Virus record (IMG/VR): IMGVR_UViG_3300048839_000196
Location: 1 to 64,000 of that record
From: a virus
Length of the DNA stretch: 64,000 nt
Reading direction: 5' to 3' (one strand)
The notes under the pieces were generated by a model. That model worked only from the letters and a program-made list of their open reading frames with translations. It was not told where the DNA came from and searched no databases. Positions 46,644 to 54,571 of this stretch are shown in pieces. The stretch's first letter is position 1. Each line of letters opens with the position of its first letter. Position numbers and translations under genes: made by a program.

Positions 46644-47393
46644 TTAGTGCTCAATGATGAAAATATTTTTACGTTTGTCGTTTTCCTTGCGCCCATTACA
46701 TAGGCCACAATCTTCACAGGTTGTTTTATAACCGCTTTCTTTTGATGCGGGGCAATTAATAATGCCATTCCCTTTTTCCGGCGCTGTTTTTGTAGCCTGA
46801 AAACATCTCCAGCCCATAGCAGACGCCAAAAAAGTTTCTGAAATGTTATTTGTACTCGCCATAAAATACGATAGGTAAGGCTGAGCAAGGTCTGTTTTCC
46901 ATTGGTGTGTATAACCTGTCCAATTTTTGGCATTTTTAGTCAGTGCTTCAACCCAAACAACAGGTAAAATAATAGACTCGCCATACACACCAAATCGCAT
47001 ATACTTATCTTTGACATCATTAATAATGCCGCTTTCCGGCAGTTCTGGCAGTTCTGGTAGTTGTTCAAAAGTAGGGTAATTTTTTTTGACGTCATTTAAG
47101 ACGTTCAAAAATGATAAGAATGAGTGAAATTTGTGCGTATAACAACCTCCGCCATTACCGGACGAAAAAGGACAATCAAAGCAAACATCTTTGTCAGCGC
47201 TGAAAAACGCCTTTAGGGGTTGCTTTTGGTCTTTTTTTTCAGCTTGTTCAAATTGACCTTTGGAAAATGAGTATTGTTGAACAATTGGCGTTTTTGAGGA
47301 TGTTATTTTATCGTTACTGGATGGCGCAACTTTAAAAATTATTATTGCGCCGTCCTTGCGATATGCGAAAATTTTCTTTTTAGCTGTTTTCAT
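46644..47393 (-). CDS. Gp88-like (radical-SAM-related) Fe-S protein
   Basis: CFDCPF....GGCY, RFGVYGE, WTGYTHQW and CPAS....TTCEDCGLC motifs. Confidence 0.7.
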   Translation of the reverse strand: MKTAKKKIFAYRKDGAIIIFKVAPSSNDKITSSKTPIVQQYSFSKGQFEQAEKKDQKQPLKAFFSADKDVCFDCPFSSGNGGGCYTHKFHSFLSFLNVLNDVKKNYPTFEQLPELPELPESGIINDVKDKYMRFGVYGESIILPVVWVEALTKNAKNWTGYTHQWKTDLAQPYLSYFMASTNNISETFLASAMGWRCFQATKTAPEKGNGIINCPASKESGYKTTCEDCGLCNGRKENDKRKNIFIIEH

Positions 47394-47416
47394 CTCTTGT
47401 TTTGTTTTTGATGAAA

Positions 47417-47447
47417 CAAAGGTAAAACAATTTACCTAATTTGTCAA
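47417..47447 (-). promoter_or_regulatory. Early promoter with operator-like motif
   Basis: TTG-N20-TACCTTTG with AATTAGGTAAATT in the spacer. Confidence 0.8.
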
Positions 47448-47467
47448 GTGTTGACCGCAAATATTTT

Positions 47468-47692
47468 TTATTTATTTTTTGCGGTCCTTTTCCGCCTGAA
47501 ATAAACTAAAGTAAATTTCAGGCTTTCCACTGCTCTATCAGGAGTATCACCATGACCATACATATTTGGAAATTCACCGCCTAATAATAAGGCGTAATAC
47601 AACCCCGTAAAAACATTATAGCTTAAATGGTATCTGATAGAGTGACTGCCGTTTTTGTCCGTCCACTGATGGATAAAAATATTATTTTCCAT
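47468..47692 (-). CDS. Hypothetical protein (HicB-like fold possible)
   Basis: Motif FPNMYGHGDTPDRAVESL; has its own promoter. Confidence 0.55.
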   Translation of the reverse strand: MENNIFIHQWTDKNGSHSIRYHLSYNVFTGLYYALLLGGEFPNMYGHGDTPDRAVESLKFTLVYFRRKRTAKNK

Positions 47693-47705
47693 TACTTTCC
47701 TTTTT

Positions 47706-47783
47706 TTATTGAATACTGCAAAGCTATTTGTTTATTTGATACGGCACAAGTAATTAGGTAAATTTATTTTTGTTGGTGGTGTA
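47706..47783 (-). repeat. 78-bp direct repeat, copy 1, containing a promoter (47719-47749)
   Basis: 71/78 identical to 48437-48514 by manual alignment; TTG-N20-TAGCTTTG. Confidence 0.85.
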
Positions 47784-47848
47784 TTTTACTGGTTATTAGT
47801 TGTTTGTTATTGCGTGTATATACATTGATTGTTGTTGCGGGAATATAG

Positions 47849-47891
47849 TAAAAAAAAATGCCGTAACTTTTAATAAGACACGGCAATTTTT
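47849..47891 (-). terminator. Intrinsic terminator
   Basis: TGCCGT...ACGGCA stem followed by a long T-run on the - strand. Confidence 0.6.
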
Positions 47892-47910
47892 AGCGGATAT
47901 TCTCAGCGAG

Positions 47911-48138
47911 TTATTTTAACATCTGTTTTAACTCGCTTTTTATCCGTTTTGCAGTTTCGCCTTTCCATGTTTGTGCGTTGGCAAGAAAGTACAAAACAAT
48001 ACTTTTGCCGGAGTCTTCGTAAAAATTGTCAGTGATTTTTTGGAGGGATTGCATTGCATCCAAATAAGGTACCGCCCCGAAATAGGGTTTTTCCCAATCG
48101 GCTTTAATTTCGCGCGCAATTTCGTTTAACGTTCTCAT
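47911..48138 (-). CDS. Small conserved phage early protein
   Basis: Motif IA.EI..DW.KPYFGAVPYLDAM...YFL.NA.TW.G..A...K.EL. Confidence 0.75.
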   Translation of the reverse strand: MRTLNEIAREIKADWEKPYFGAVPYLDAMQSLQKITDNFYEDSGKSIVLYFLANAQTWKGETAKRIKSELKQMLK

Positions 48139-48159
48139 TGTTTTAGTTTTTGTTAGTTG

Positions 48160-48420
48160 TTAAATATCCAAAGTGTAAAACGTGGTATATTTTCCCGCTT
48201 CGCCGTTACAATTGTAAAACTCAAACGAGTTAACAATTTGATCGAATGGCGTGAAATAGTGGTTATCTACCTCAGCGCCAATACTCCACGGTCCGAATGG
48301 CTTAAAATTTACGGGGCAAAGATGGATTTTTGTACCGCTGTTATATAGTTTCTTTGCAGTAGGTTTAGATACTTGTTTCCAATATCTGCCTGCACTGTCT
48401 TTGAACCTTAAATTTCTCAT
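48160..48420 (-). CDS. Small conserved phage early protein
   Basis: Motif VSK.TA.KLYN.G...F...VN.FE.YNC; first gene after promoter copy 2. Confidence 0.7.
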   Translation of the reverse strand: MRNLRFKDSAGRYWKQVSKPTAKKLYNSGTKIHLCPVNFKPFGPWSIGAEVDNHYFTPFDQIVNSFEFYNCNGEAGKYTTFYTLDI

Positions 48421-48436
48421 TGTTTTGGCTGTTTTG

Positions 48437-48514
48437 TTATTGAATACTGCAAAGCTATGTATTTATTTAATACGGAGCAAGTAATTGGATAAATTTATTT
48501 TTGTTGGTGGTGTA
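48437..48514 (-). repeat. 78-bp direct repeat, copy 2, containing a promoter (48450-48480)
   Basis: Near-identical to 47706-47783. Confidence 0.85.
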
Positions 48515-49127
48515 ATGCTTTTGTTTATTGGTATAACTAAACTTTCGTTGCTGTGACTAAAGGTTTAGTTGTGTAACTAAAGTTTTAGTTATACTCCATA
48601 GGTGCACCCTACCATAAGTATTTTTAATTCCTACTAAAAAGATAGGAATATCTTTTTTTATTACCTTTATATAACTTCTCCACAAAGTTAGTCTATGTAC
48701 AAACCAATGAACACGCGCAAAAAGAACTGTTTAACTGAATTGTATTGCAGTGGAGTATATTTTTCTCATCGTCGCAAGGCCAAAAAACGGAAATTTGTAG
48801 GTGTGCCCGGACGAGAATCCGCAAAGCCCAACGCGAGCGACACCCGCCCGATCCATAGATCCGCTCCCACTCCCCATTCGATGTAACCCCTGCAAGAATC
48901 TTCAAAAATCTCCCCAACAAAATTCTTCGCCAAAAACAAAAGCGGCGCCGTCACATCCCTGTAACAAGCGCCGCCCTAACGACCAACCTAAATTCCAACC
49001 TAATTACCAGCTATCCTCCACCGAGTCGGCGGATCATACTCGTGATCTACGATTATCTGCGGTGGCCGTGCTGACATCCAGATCTTGAGCATGAGGGTGT
49101 AGCACACCACTGCAAATAAAAATGAGA

Positions 49128-49619
49128 TCATAAGCGAATAATTTTTGCGTGAGCTAATCTAATGAATGCGTTCTCTCTTATTGCAGACCCGCCATTAATG
49201 GTAGCCTGCGTCCTTGTTACTTCAGTTCGGTAGTCCATCTCGGCGCCCGTCTTGTAGTCGTAAGCGGTAAAGATCGCTAAGCAATCAGACATCTCGAAGT
49301 ACACAATGATGAAGTAATTAATCTGATGCGCCTTGGCGTGGGCCACGCCACCTTTGATCTTCTCAGCGGTGATCAGATATTCATCATACGCCTTCCCGTT
49401 GTACACCACCCGGCACTGCTCGTCTATCCCTGCGTTCCGGGACTTGGTTTCAAAGATGCCGGTGATCACGCCATTGACTACCACATACCCGTCATACGGG
49501 GAAGAGGAGTAGTCAGGGAACCAAACAAAGCGCGGATGGCTCGCTTCAAATCTAGTCAGTGCTTCCTTTGCCCGTACTGCCGCATCGCGGCCTTTTCTAG
49601 TGTTGACCGCAAGCGCCAT
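49128..49619 (-). CDS. PD-(D/E)xK nuclease-like protein
   Basis: Motif SPYDG...IFETKSR...I...K. Confidence 0.6.
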   Translation of the reverse strand: MALAVNTRKGRDAAVRAKEALTRFEASHPRFVWFPDYSSSPYDGYVVVNGVITGIFETKSRNAGIDEQCRVVYNGKAYDEYLITAEKIKGGVAHAKAHQINYFIIVYFEMSDCLAIFTAYDYKTGAEMDYRTEVTRTQATINGGSAIRENAFIRLAHAKIIRL

Positions 49620-50350
49620 TATACGTTGCTTTTAGGGAAGTTGTTTGCAATGAACTCGACATACTGATGAGCAATAACTGCCCGATACTTCCAGCCTTTG
49701 CCAGTGTAGTAGCCTGCTTTCTTCAGACAGGCGCAAGTGTCGTCAATTTGTCGGCGCTTGCAATCCTTATACCGCTCTGAGTTAAAGACCTCCGCCCAAT
49801 AATGCACCGCTTGGTCAAAGCTAGAGAACGACTCAAACGCGCAAGGTACCGGCCCGCAGTCGTCTTTCGCCATAACCACATTGGCTCTACCCCTGTACTT
49901 GATCCCTCCCGGGTTCCAGTGATCTGCCCAGAGGTCGGACTCCCTGCCTTCGATCGTGGCCTCTATGATAAAGTAAGCAAACACAACCGGCTCAGCAATC
50001 CCTGACTTTCGGGCAACCCGCTCATAGAGCGCTTTATAGTGCCAAGCTAGAAACAGACGCCGCATCATACTTAAGCTGAGATCGTCAACGCCACGGAAGC
50101 CAGCCTCGCTGAGCATGGTGCGCAGCTCTGTCTCGGACATCTCTGCAATTGCCCTGCCAGCCTTATTGTGAGGCGGTGTGTTGGAGTGATAGTACGCCAA
50201 AGGCGCGGCTACCAGTTCCGTACCGGGTACATCAGACTCTACTGTTTCTGCCTTTCCTAATACGGCTACCCAGAAGATGCTAGAAATCACGAAGATCCCT
50301 AGCGCCATCTGTTTCACCTGATTTTCTGAGTAGTATCTCTCTGTCTTCAT
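49619..50350 (-). CDS. Membrane-anchored glucosaminidase (GH73-like)
   Basis: N-terminal TM; A.FIIE, WNPGGIKY, F.SF.SF and LKKAGYYT motifs. Confidence 0.7.
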   Translation of the reverse strand: MKTERYYSENQVKQMALGIFVISSIFWVAVLGKAETVESDVPGTELVAAPLAYYHSNTPPHNKAGRAIAEMSETELRTMLSEAGFRGVDDLSLSMMRRLFLAWHYKALYERVARKSGIAEPVVFAYFIIEATIEGRESDLWADHWNPGGIKYRGRANVVMAKDDCGPVPCAFESFSSFDQAVHYWAEVFNSERYKDCKRRQIDDTCACLKKAGYYTGKGWKYRAVIAHQYVEFIANNFPKSNV

Positions 50351-50723
50351 CTGTCATTTTTTTGATTTGGACTCCGCCATAGATCGACCAAATCTTAGTG
50401 GCGAATATGGTGTGCACACCTGCGTCATCAATAAGCATGGCGTCCATGAGTCCTTTTACAAAGTTATCTATATCTGGTTTTTGTTTGTGCGGCTTGCCAA
50501 GCATTTCACTATACTTCCTACCTGACCAAGATTTCGGCATCGGAATATAGAATACAGCGAACATCATACCGCTTGGTGTGAAGTCACACACATCCATGGC
50601 GGATTTCACTATGTCTTTAAACGACCAGTAGCGCTGCACGCATGGCCTCTTGGCCCAGCGATCGCGCTGAGTCATACGAGGCTTGGGCGCCGGGGCCACT
50701 GGTATGTACATGGAATCACTCAT
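50280..50723 (-). CDS. rusA: RusA-like Holliday junction resolvase
   Basis: PKPRMT..D.W, F..PMPKSWS and H.QKPDIDN..K.LMDA...DD motifs. Confidence 0.8.
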   Translation of the reverse strand: MSDSMYIPVAPAPKPRMTQRDRWAKRPCVQRYWSFKDIVKSAMDVCDFTPSGMMFAVFYIPMPKSWSGRKYSEMLGKPHKQKPDIDNFVKGLMDAMLIDDAGVHTIFATKIWSIYGGVQIKKMTDEDREILLRKSGETDGARDLRDF

Positions 50724-50913
50724 GCTCCTCTGAGTTTCTCAGGTCCTCCTCAAGCGCAGCGCGCCAAGACTGCTGTGCGTAACCAAGCCCAAGCACGATA
50801 GCTTTCAGTACATCCAAGACATCATAGATATCGTGATCGCTGCCCGGCATCTCTATGGTGATCTTACGCCCATGACTTTCGCCGGTGAAAATAGTGTTGT
50901 TTTCTGCTGTCAT
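50716..50913 (-). CDS. Hypothetical protein
   Basis: Coupled small ORF. Confidence 0.55.
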   Translation of the reverse strand: MTAENNTIFTGESHGRKITIEMPGSDHDIYDVLDVLKAIVLGLGYAQQSWRAALEEDLRNSEEHE

Positions 50914-51194
50914 TACCATATTGTTTCGTCTAGGAACTTATCAACCAGTTCGGCGCTCGTACAGCGCTGGCCACTAATGCGACCATTAAGTACCCAGATA
51001 TCTCCAGAAGCTATCTGGCTGTGCTGGTGGTTTTCTTTGGCCATCCAATCAAGAAGATCAATAGCGAGCATACGCCTGAGCTCCATGTATGTGTCTTTAA
51101 TCTGAAGCACATTACGCTCAAGCTCATTGAGCTTTTCCTGTCTATCTTCGCTCTCTTTGAGTAGCTGAAGAAACGCCTGTTCTGTGATCACCAT
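50913..51194 (-). CDS. Hypothetical protein
   Basis: First ORF after the tRNAs. Confidence 0.6.
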   Translation of the reverse strand: MVITEQAFLQLLKESEDRQEKLNELERNVLQIKDTYMELRRMLAIDLLDWMAKENHQHSQIASGDIWVLNGRISGQRCTSAELVDKFLDETIW

Positions 51195-51210
51195 AAGATT
51201 TTGTTTTTTG

Positions 51211-51282
51211 ACGCGCAGCCGAGAGTCGAACTCGGGGCTGGGGATTATGAGACCCCTGTGTTACCAGCTACACCACCGCGCA
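51211..51282 (-). tRNA. tRNA-Met(CAT)
   Basis: Cloverleaf: acceptor TGCGCGG/CTGCGCG, D arm GTGT/ACAC, anticodon arm GGGGT-CTCATAA-TCCCC, T arm CCGAG-TTCGACT-CTCGG; CCA not encoded. Confidence 0.88.
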
Positions 51283-51287
51283 AGTTT

Positions 51288-51357
51288 TGGCCCGCAGCCG
51301 GAATCGAACCGGACTCTGGGAGCGACCCAGCTATGCTACCATTACACCACTGCGAGC
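51288..51357 (-). tRNA. Non-canonical tRNA-like RNA (shrunken anticodon arm, undetermined identity)
   Basis: (G)CTCGCAG/CTGCGGG(C) acceptor, normal D arm GTGT-AATGGTA-GCAT, CTGGG-TCGCT-CCCAG arm with a 5-nt loop, 4-bp T stem CCGG-TTCGATT-CCGG, ends in CCA. Confidence 0.65.
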
Positions 51358-51363
51358 AAATTA

Positions 51364-51430
51364 CCCAACCGCCGCCACACGCCGCTCGTCCCCACTTACC
51401 TCAGACAAAGCCGGGCACATCACGGTTGGG
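51364..51430 (-). ncRNA. Long hairpin RNA at the 5' end of the tRNA transcript
   Basis: CCCAACCG/CGGTTGGG 8-bp closing stem plus inner G-U-rich stems; begins at the predicted TSS. Confidence 0.45.
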
Positions 51431-51436
51431 ATAGGA

Positions 51437-51467
51437 CAAAGGTAAGGAATTTTTTAATACGATGCAA
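51437..51467 (-). promoter_or_regulatory. Promoter of the tRNA operon
   Basis: TTG-N20-TACCTTTG. Confidence 0.8.
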
Positions 51468-51520
51468 TAGCTGCGGTGAAAAAATCTCAAAACTTTTTTA
51501 CGATAAAGTGCGTCAGCTAT

Positions 51521-51551
51521 TTGCATCTTAACGCAGAATGGCGTATATTTG
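51521..51551 (+). promoter_or_regulatory. Divergent promoter
   Basis: TTG-N20-TATATTTG, 4 nt before ATG 51556. Confidence 0.7.
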
Positions 51552-51555
51552 TGGC

Positions 51556-52629
51556 ATGATGAACCGTATCGAATATCACAAGCACACTATGCCGGTAAAC
51601 ATCGGCAGGTGGGCCTTGGCCGAAGGGCGCCACAGGGAACTGTTGGTGTACCTCTATGCCCGGGCCATAGCTAGTGTCAATGCGGGCTACATCCAAGATG
51701 ACAAGCTGATCCTTATTCAAAGCGCTCTTGGCTGGACTAAGAAGCGCTTTGCTCGTTGGTTCGACCGGACCGTTGAGTGTGGACTCATTGAGCGCCATGG
51801 TGCAAAGTGGCACGTTGTGGCCGCTCAAGTATTCCATGGCCGGTTGCTCACGGATTACTTCAAGGACAAGCGTTACGCCAAGATGAAGGTGAACGTGAAT
51901 CCGGAGTGGTACAAGGATCTGTCTGTCACACAATTCAAGGGGCTTTTGTATGGCTGGCTTAAAAGTGCTGACGCCAAACAGAAGTATCACCTTGAGAAGT
52001 TCCGCAATCCCGACGCATATAAGAGAGCGCAGTCGGTAAAAGAGTACGCTGAAGATGGCCTCTTGGCAGTTGCCAAGGATCGCGGAAATGCTTCCTATCG
52101 TTATTTCGCTGACGCACACATGAACATCGGGCTGCCGCTTTCCACGCAGTCTCGCCTGATGAAGGTGTGTGTAAGTAAGGGCTGGCTCTGGCGCAGCCTT
52201 GAGTGTGACCCGGAGTGTGACGCAAAGAAGATCACGACTTACGACGAGATGTCGGAGTTTCTGATCTCTAAGCGGCGCTTAGGTCACCTAGAGGGCTACG
52301 AGTCAAGCAGGGTGTTCCGCATGAATACCGGGCCATACGCCGGTCAGTTGCGGATCTTGCGCAGGGTGTACTCCCGGGCGAAGACGAAGGAGGTGACTGT
52401 GTTTTCTTCAAAGGTGGGCATACCTAAAGGGTTATCATACGATGAACCTAAAAAAGTGATCGCGCCAATTTTTGAAGCTATTAGGACTGTTGGAGGGTTT
52501 GGAGAGTTTAAATCAAGTGGAGATCTCTTCTCTTTCTTGGATGAATTAGTAGAAGTAAAGCAAAGTAATAAATGCTCCTCTAATTCTTCTCCTTCTACTT
52601 CTAATAATTATTATAGTAATATAGTATAA
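51556..52629 (+). CDS. Hypothetical basic protein (possible DNA-binding/replication or regulatory protein)
   Basis: Long ORF; the promoter position favours ATG 51556/51559; low-complexity S/N C-terminus. Confidence 0.6.
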   Translation: MMNRIEYHKHTMPVNIGRWALAEGRHRELLVYLYARAIASVNAGYIQDDKLILIQSALGWTKKRFARWFDRTVECGLIERHGAKWHVVAAQVFHGRLLTDYFKDKRYAKMKVNVNPEWYKDLSVTQFKGLLYGWLKSADAKQKYHLEKFRNPDAYKRAQSVKEYAEDGLLAVAKDRGNASYRYFADAHMNIGLPLSTQSRLMKVCVSKGWLWRSLECDPECDAKKITTYDEMSEFLISKRRLGHLEGYESSRVFRMNTGPYAGQLRILRRVYSRAKTKEVTVFSSKVGIPKGLSYDEPKKVIAPIFEAIRTVGGFGEFKSSGDLFSFLDELVEVKQSNKCSSNSSPSTSNNYYSNIV

Positions 52630-52759
52630 GAGCCCCATCCCCGGAGAAGGGTACTCTTTTATTAGTTCCAATTTAGGCAATGCACCAAAGCAAAGCCTGA
52701 TTTTCTATTTTACAAAAGAAGCAAACCGAAACAAAGTGAAAATAAATCCAAAAATAAAC

Positions 52760-52790
52760 TTGCGCAAGACCAAACAAAGGTTTATCTTTG
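52760..52790 (+). promoter_or_regulatory. Bacteroidota sigma-A-type promoter
   Basis: TTG-N20-TATCTTTG. Confidence 0.8.
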
Positions 52791-52812
52791 TCGGAGCAAA
52801 AACAAAAATGAT

Positions 52813-53043
52813 ATGACACATCAAGAGATGCAAGATCAATACAATCAAGACATCATTGAGTTCCACCGGAAGAAAGGATGGAGCGAAGAGCGGTTAAAGG
52901 CTCTGCCGCAATTGCCACTTCCGCATCTAATTGTTGATGAAAAGCGCGAGATACTTTGCCATGATGATGAAAAGGAGTTCCCGGAAGAAATAGCTAAGGA
53001 GACTGAACAATTCATTAATAGACTAAAAGAAAGAATGCCATGA
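52813..53043 (+). CDS. Hypothetical protein
   Basis: First ORF after the promoter. Confidence 0.6.
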   Translation: MTHQEMQDQYNQDIIEFHRKKGWSEERLKALPQLPLPHLIVDEKREILCHDDEKEFPEEIAKETEQFINRLKERMP

Positions 53044-53573
53044 CAAACCTTATCGAAAAAGTAATCGACTGGGCAAACGAAAGAAGCCTAGTCAAGCCAT
53101 ACGCCCAATACGCTCAGACGGTCAAGTTATCCGAAGAGCTTGGCGAGATATCAAGAGCAATCCTGAAAGAAGATCACGACGCACTCAAAGACGGCATCGG
53201 TGATGTCCTTGTCGTCTTGATCATCCTCTGTGCGCAAAAAGGAATCGACATCAGGCCATTCTTTAGTGAAAGTAACTTTGCCAAATGGAATGAGTCTTAC
53301 CGTTTTTATGAAACCCACAAAGAAAAAATCTTCGATTGGAAGTACGGATTCGTTATCGGACTTCAAAGCGATGTCGGGTTAATCTCGCAATCTATATACA
53401 AGCTTAGGCTTGATTCATTCACCGACCAATTGAAAGAAACACTTATAAGCCTCCACCACCTAGCCAAGCAGCACGATCTCACACTAGAAGAATGCCTACA
53501 AGCCGCCTACGATGAGATCAAAGACCGCAAAGGACAAACCATAAACGGAACCTTTATAAAGCAACAGCAATGA
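53040..53573 (+). CDS. MazG-like NTP pyrophosphohydrolase
   Basis: KLSEELGE...DGIGDVLVVL...ECLQAAYDEIKDRKG..INGTFIK. Confidence 0.85.
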   Translation: MTNLIEKVIDWANERSLVKPYAQYAQTVKLSEELGEISRAILKEDHDALKDGIGDVLVVLIILCAQKGIDIRPFFSESNFAKWNESYRFYETHKEKIFDWKYGFVIGLQSDVGLISQSIYKLRLDSFTDQLKETLISLHHLAKQHDLTLEECLQAAYDEIKDRKGQTINGTFIKQQQ

Positions 53574-53890
53574 GCGGAGGAAGATTTGACTATGATCAAT
53601 ACAGGATCAAGGATATCGCCGAGAAGATCGACCTGATCTTGAGGAGACAGGGCGATAAAAAATATCCAGAGGATCACTGGCAGGCAGATCTCTTCAGGCA
53701 ATACCCGGAGCTTGGATTTTACGAAACATATTCACCGGAGGTTCAAGAGGCGATGAAGAAAGCGGTGAACATTTTAAATGAATCTTTTGTTTACGCACAA
53801 AGAATCGACTACTTCCTATCTTCCGATGATTCCGAGGAGTCCTTTCTGAAGCGGCTTAAAGAAGACTTAGATAAACTAAAGAAGCTATAA
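53570..53890 (+). CDS. Conserved phage protein
   Basis: Motif MSGG.FDY.Q...YAQRID..LS.DD.EE.F..RL. Confidence 0.7.
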   Translation: MSGGRFDYDQYRIKDIAEKIDLILRRQGDKKYPEDHWQADLFRQYPELGFYETYSPEVQEAMKKAVNILNESFVYAQRIDYFLSSDDSEESFLKRLKEDLDKLKKL

Positions 53891-53926
53891 CTGCTTGTTT
53901 TGTTTTGTTTTGTTTTCATATTTTAG

Positions 53927-53963
53927 ATCCCGGGCAGCCGTAGAGCTTCCGGGATTTTTTTTT
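53927..53963 (+). terminator. Intrinsic terminator
   Basis: ATCCCGG...CCGGGAT followed by a T-run. Confidence 0.75.
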
Positions 53964-53972
53964 GAAAAAGAC

Positions 53973-54003
53973 TTGACAAGAACGGAATAAAAGACTATCT
54001 TTG
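53973..54003 (+). promoter_or_regulatory. Bacteroidota sigma-A-type promoter
   Basis: TTG-N20-TATCTTTG upstream of the packaging/head operon. Confidence 0.8.
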
Positions 54004-54018
54004 TAGAAACAAAAGGAC

Positions 54019-54210
54019 ATGGATGAATTGCAGACCAATAATATCCCGATACTCAATGAAAAGCAGATCAAAGAAGAGATGGAGCGCATGTTCTGGGATG
54101 GGGTAGAATTGTTCTGGAGGCAAGAAGGCCATAATAATAAGCCAGACCAAGAGGTCGCGAAAGAACTTGAAGACAGGTACGAGCAGATTATCAACTTACT
54201 AGAATCTTAA
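54019..54210 (+). CDS. Hypothetical acidic protein
   Basis: First ORF after the promoter. Confidence 0.55.
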   Translation: MDELQTNNIPILNEKQIKEEMERMFWDGVELFWRQEGHNNKPDQEVAKELEDRYEQIINLLES

Positions 54211-54215
54211 AGGAC

Positions 54216-54356
54216 ATGATCGGACACTGGACAGAACACGTTAAGCAATGGCACATCAAGAGCGTTGCATTCTTAGCCTTGATAGGCGCCATAGCCTTAG
54301 TGGCCGTTGCAATTGAAACTCTTTTATTGATCATCGAAACAATCAGAGCACTATGA
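54216..54356 (+). CDS. 46-aa single-TM peptide
   Basis: MIGHWTEHVKQWHIKSVAFLALIGAIALVAVAIETLLLIIETIRAL; ATGA coupling. Confidence 0.5.
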   Translation: MIGHWTEHVKQWHIKSVAFLALIGAIALVAVAIETLLLIIETIRAL

Positions 54357-54571
54357 GCAACCAATTTTTCTGGGCAGTGCCGAAATGGCGCACGAACAAA
54401 GAAGTTGTGGAGTATAACCCACGCTCGAACGCATATTTCAGACCCGGTTTTGAGGAGATATACTTGGAAAAAGACTTCGACTGGATCTCAGACACGCCGA
54501 TCCAAATGCCGGATATTCAAACCAAAACCTGTGCAAACTACGAAGCCGACTATGATGAAGTCCCCGAGTAA
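54353..54571 (+). CDS. Hypothetical protein
   Basis: Coupled ORF. Confidence 0.5.
   Translation: MSNQFFWAVPKWRTNKEVVEYNPRSNAYFRPGFEEIYLEKDFDWISDTPIQMPDIQTKTCANYEADYDEVPE

Noticed and set aside
47706-48591. CRISPR array or mini-array
   Set aside because: There are only two 78-bp promoter-containing repeats about 730 bp apart and three short tandem units without spacer-length unique sequences; no cas genes.
48693-49088. Short ORFs in the 48.5-49.1 kb gap
   Set aside because: They overlap each other on both strands, have atypical composition and lack A-rich leaders; treated as non-coding.
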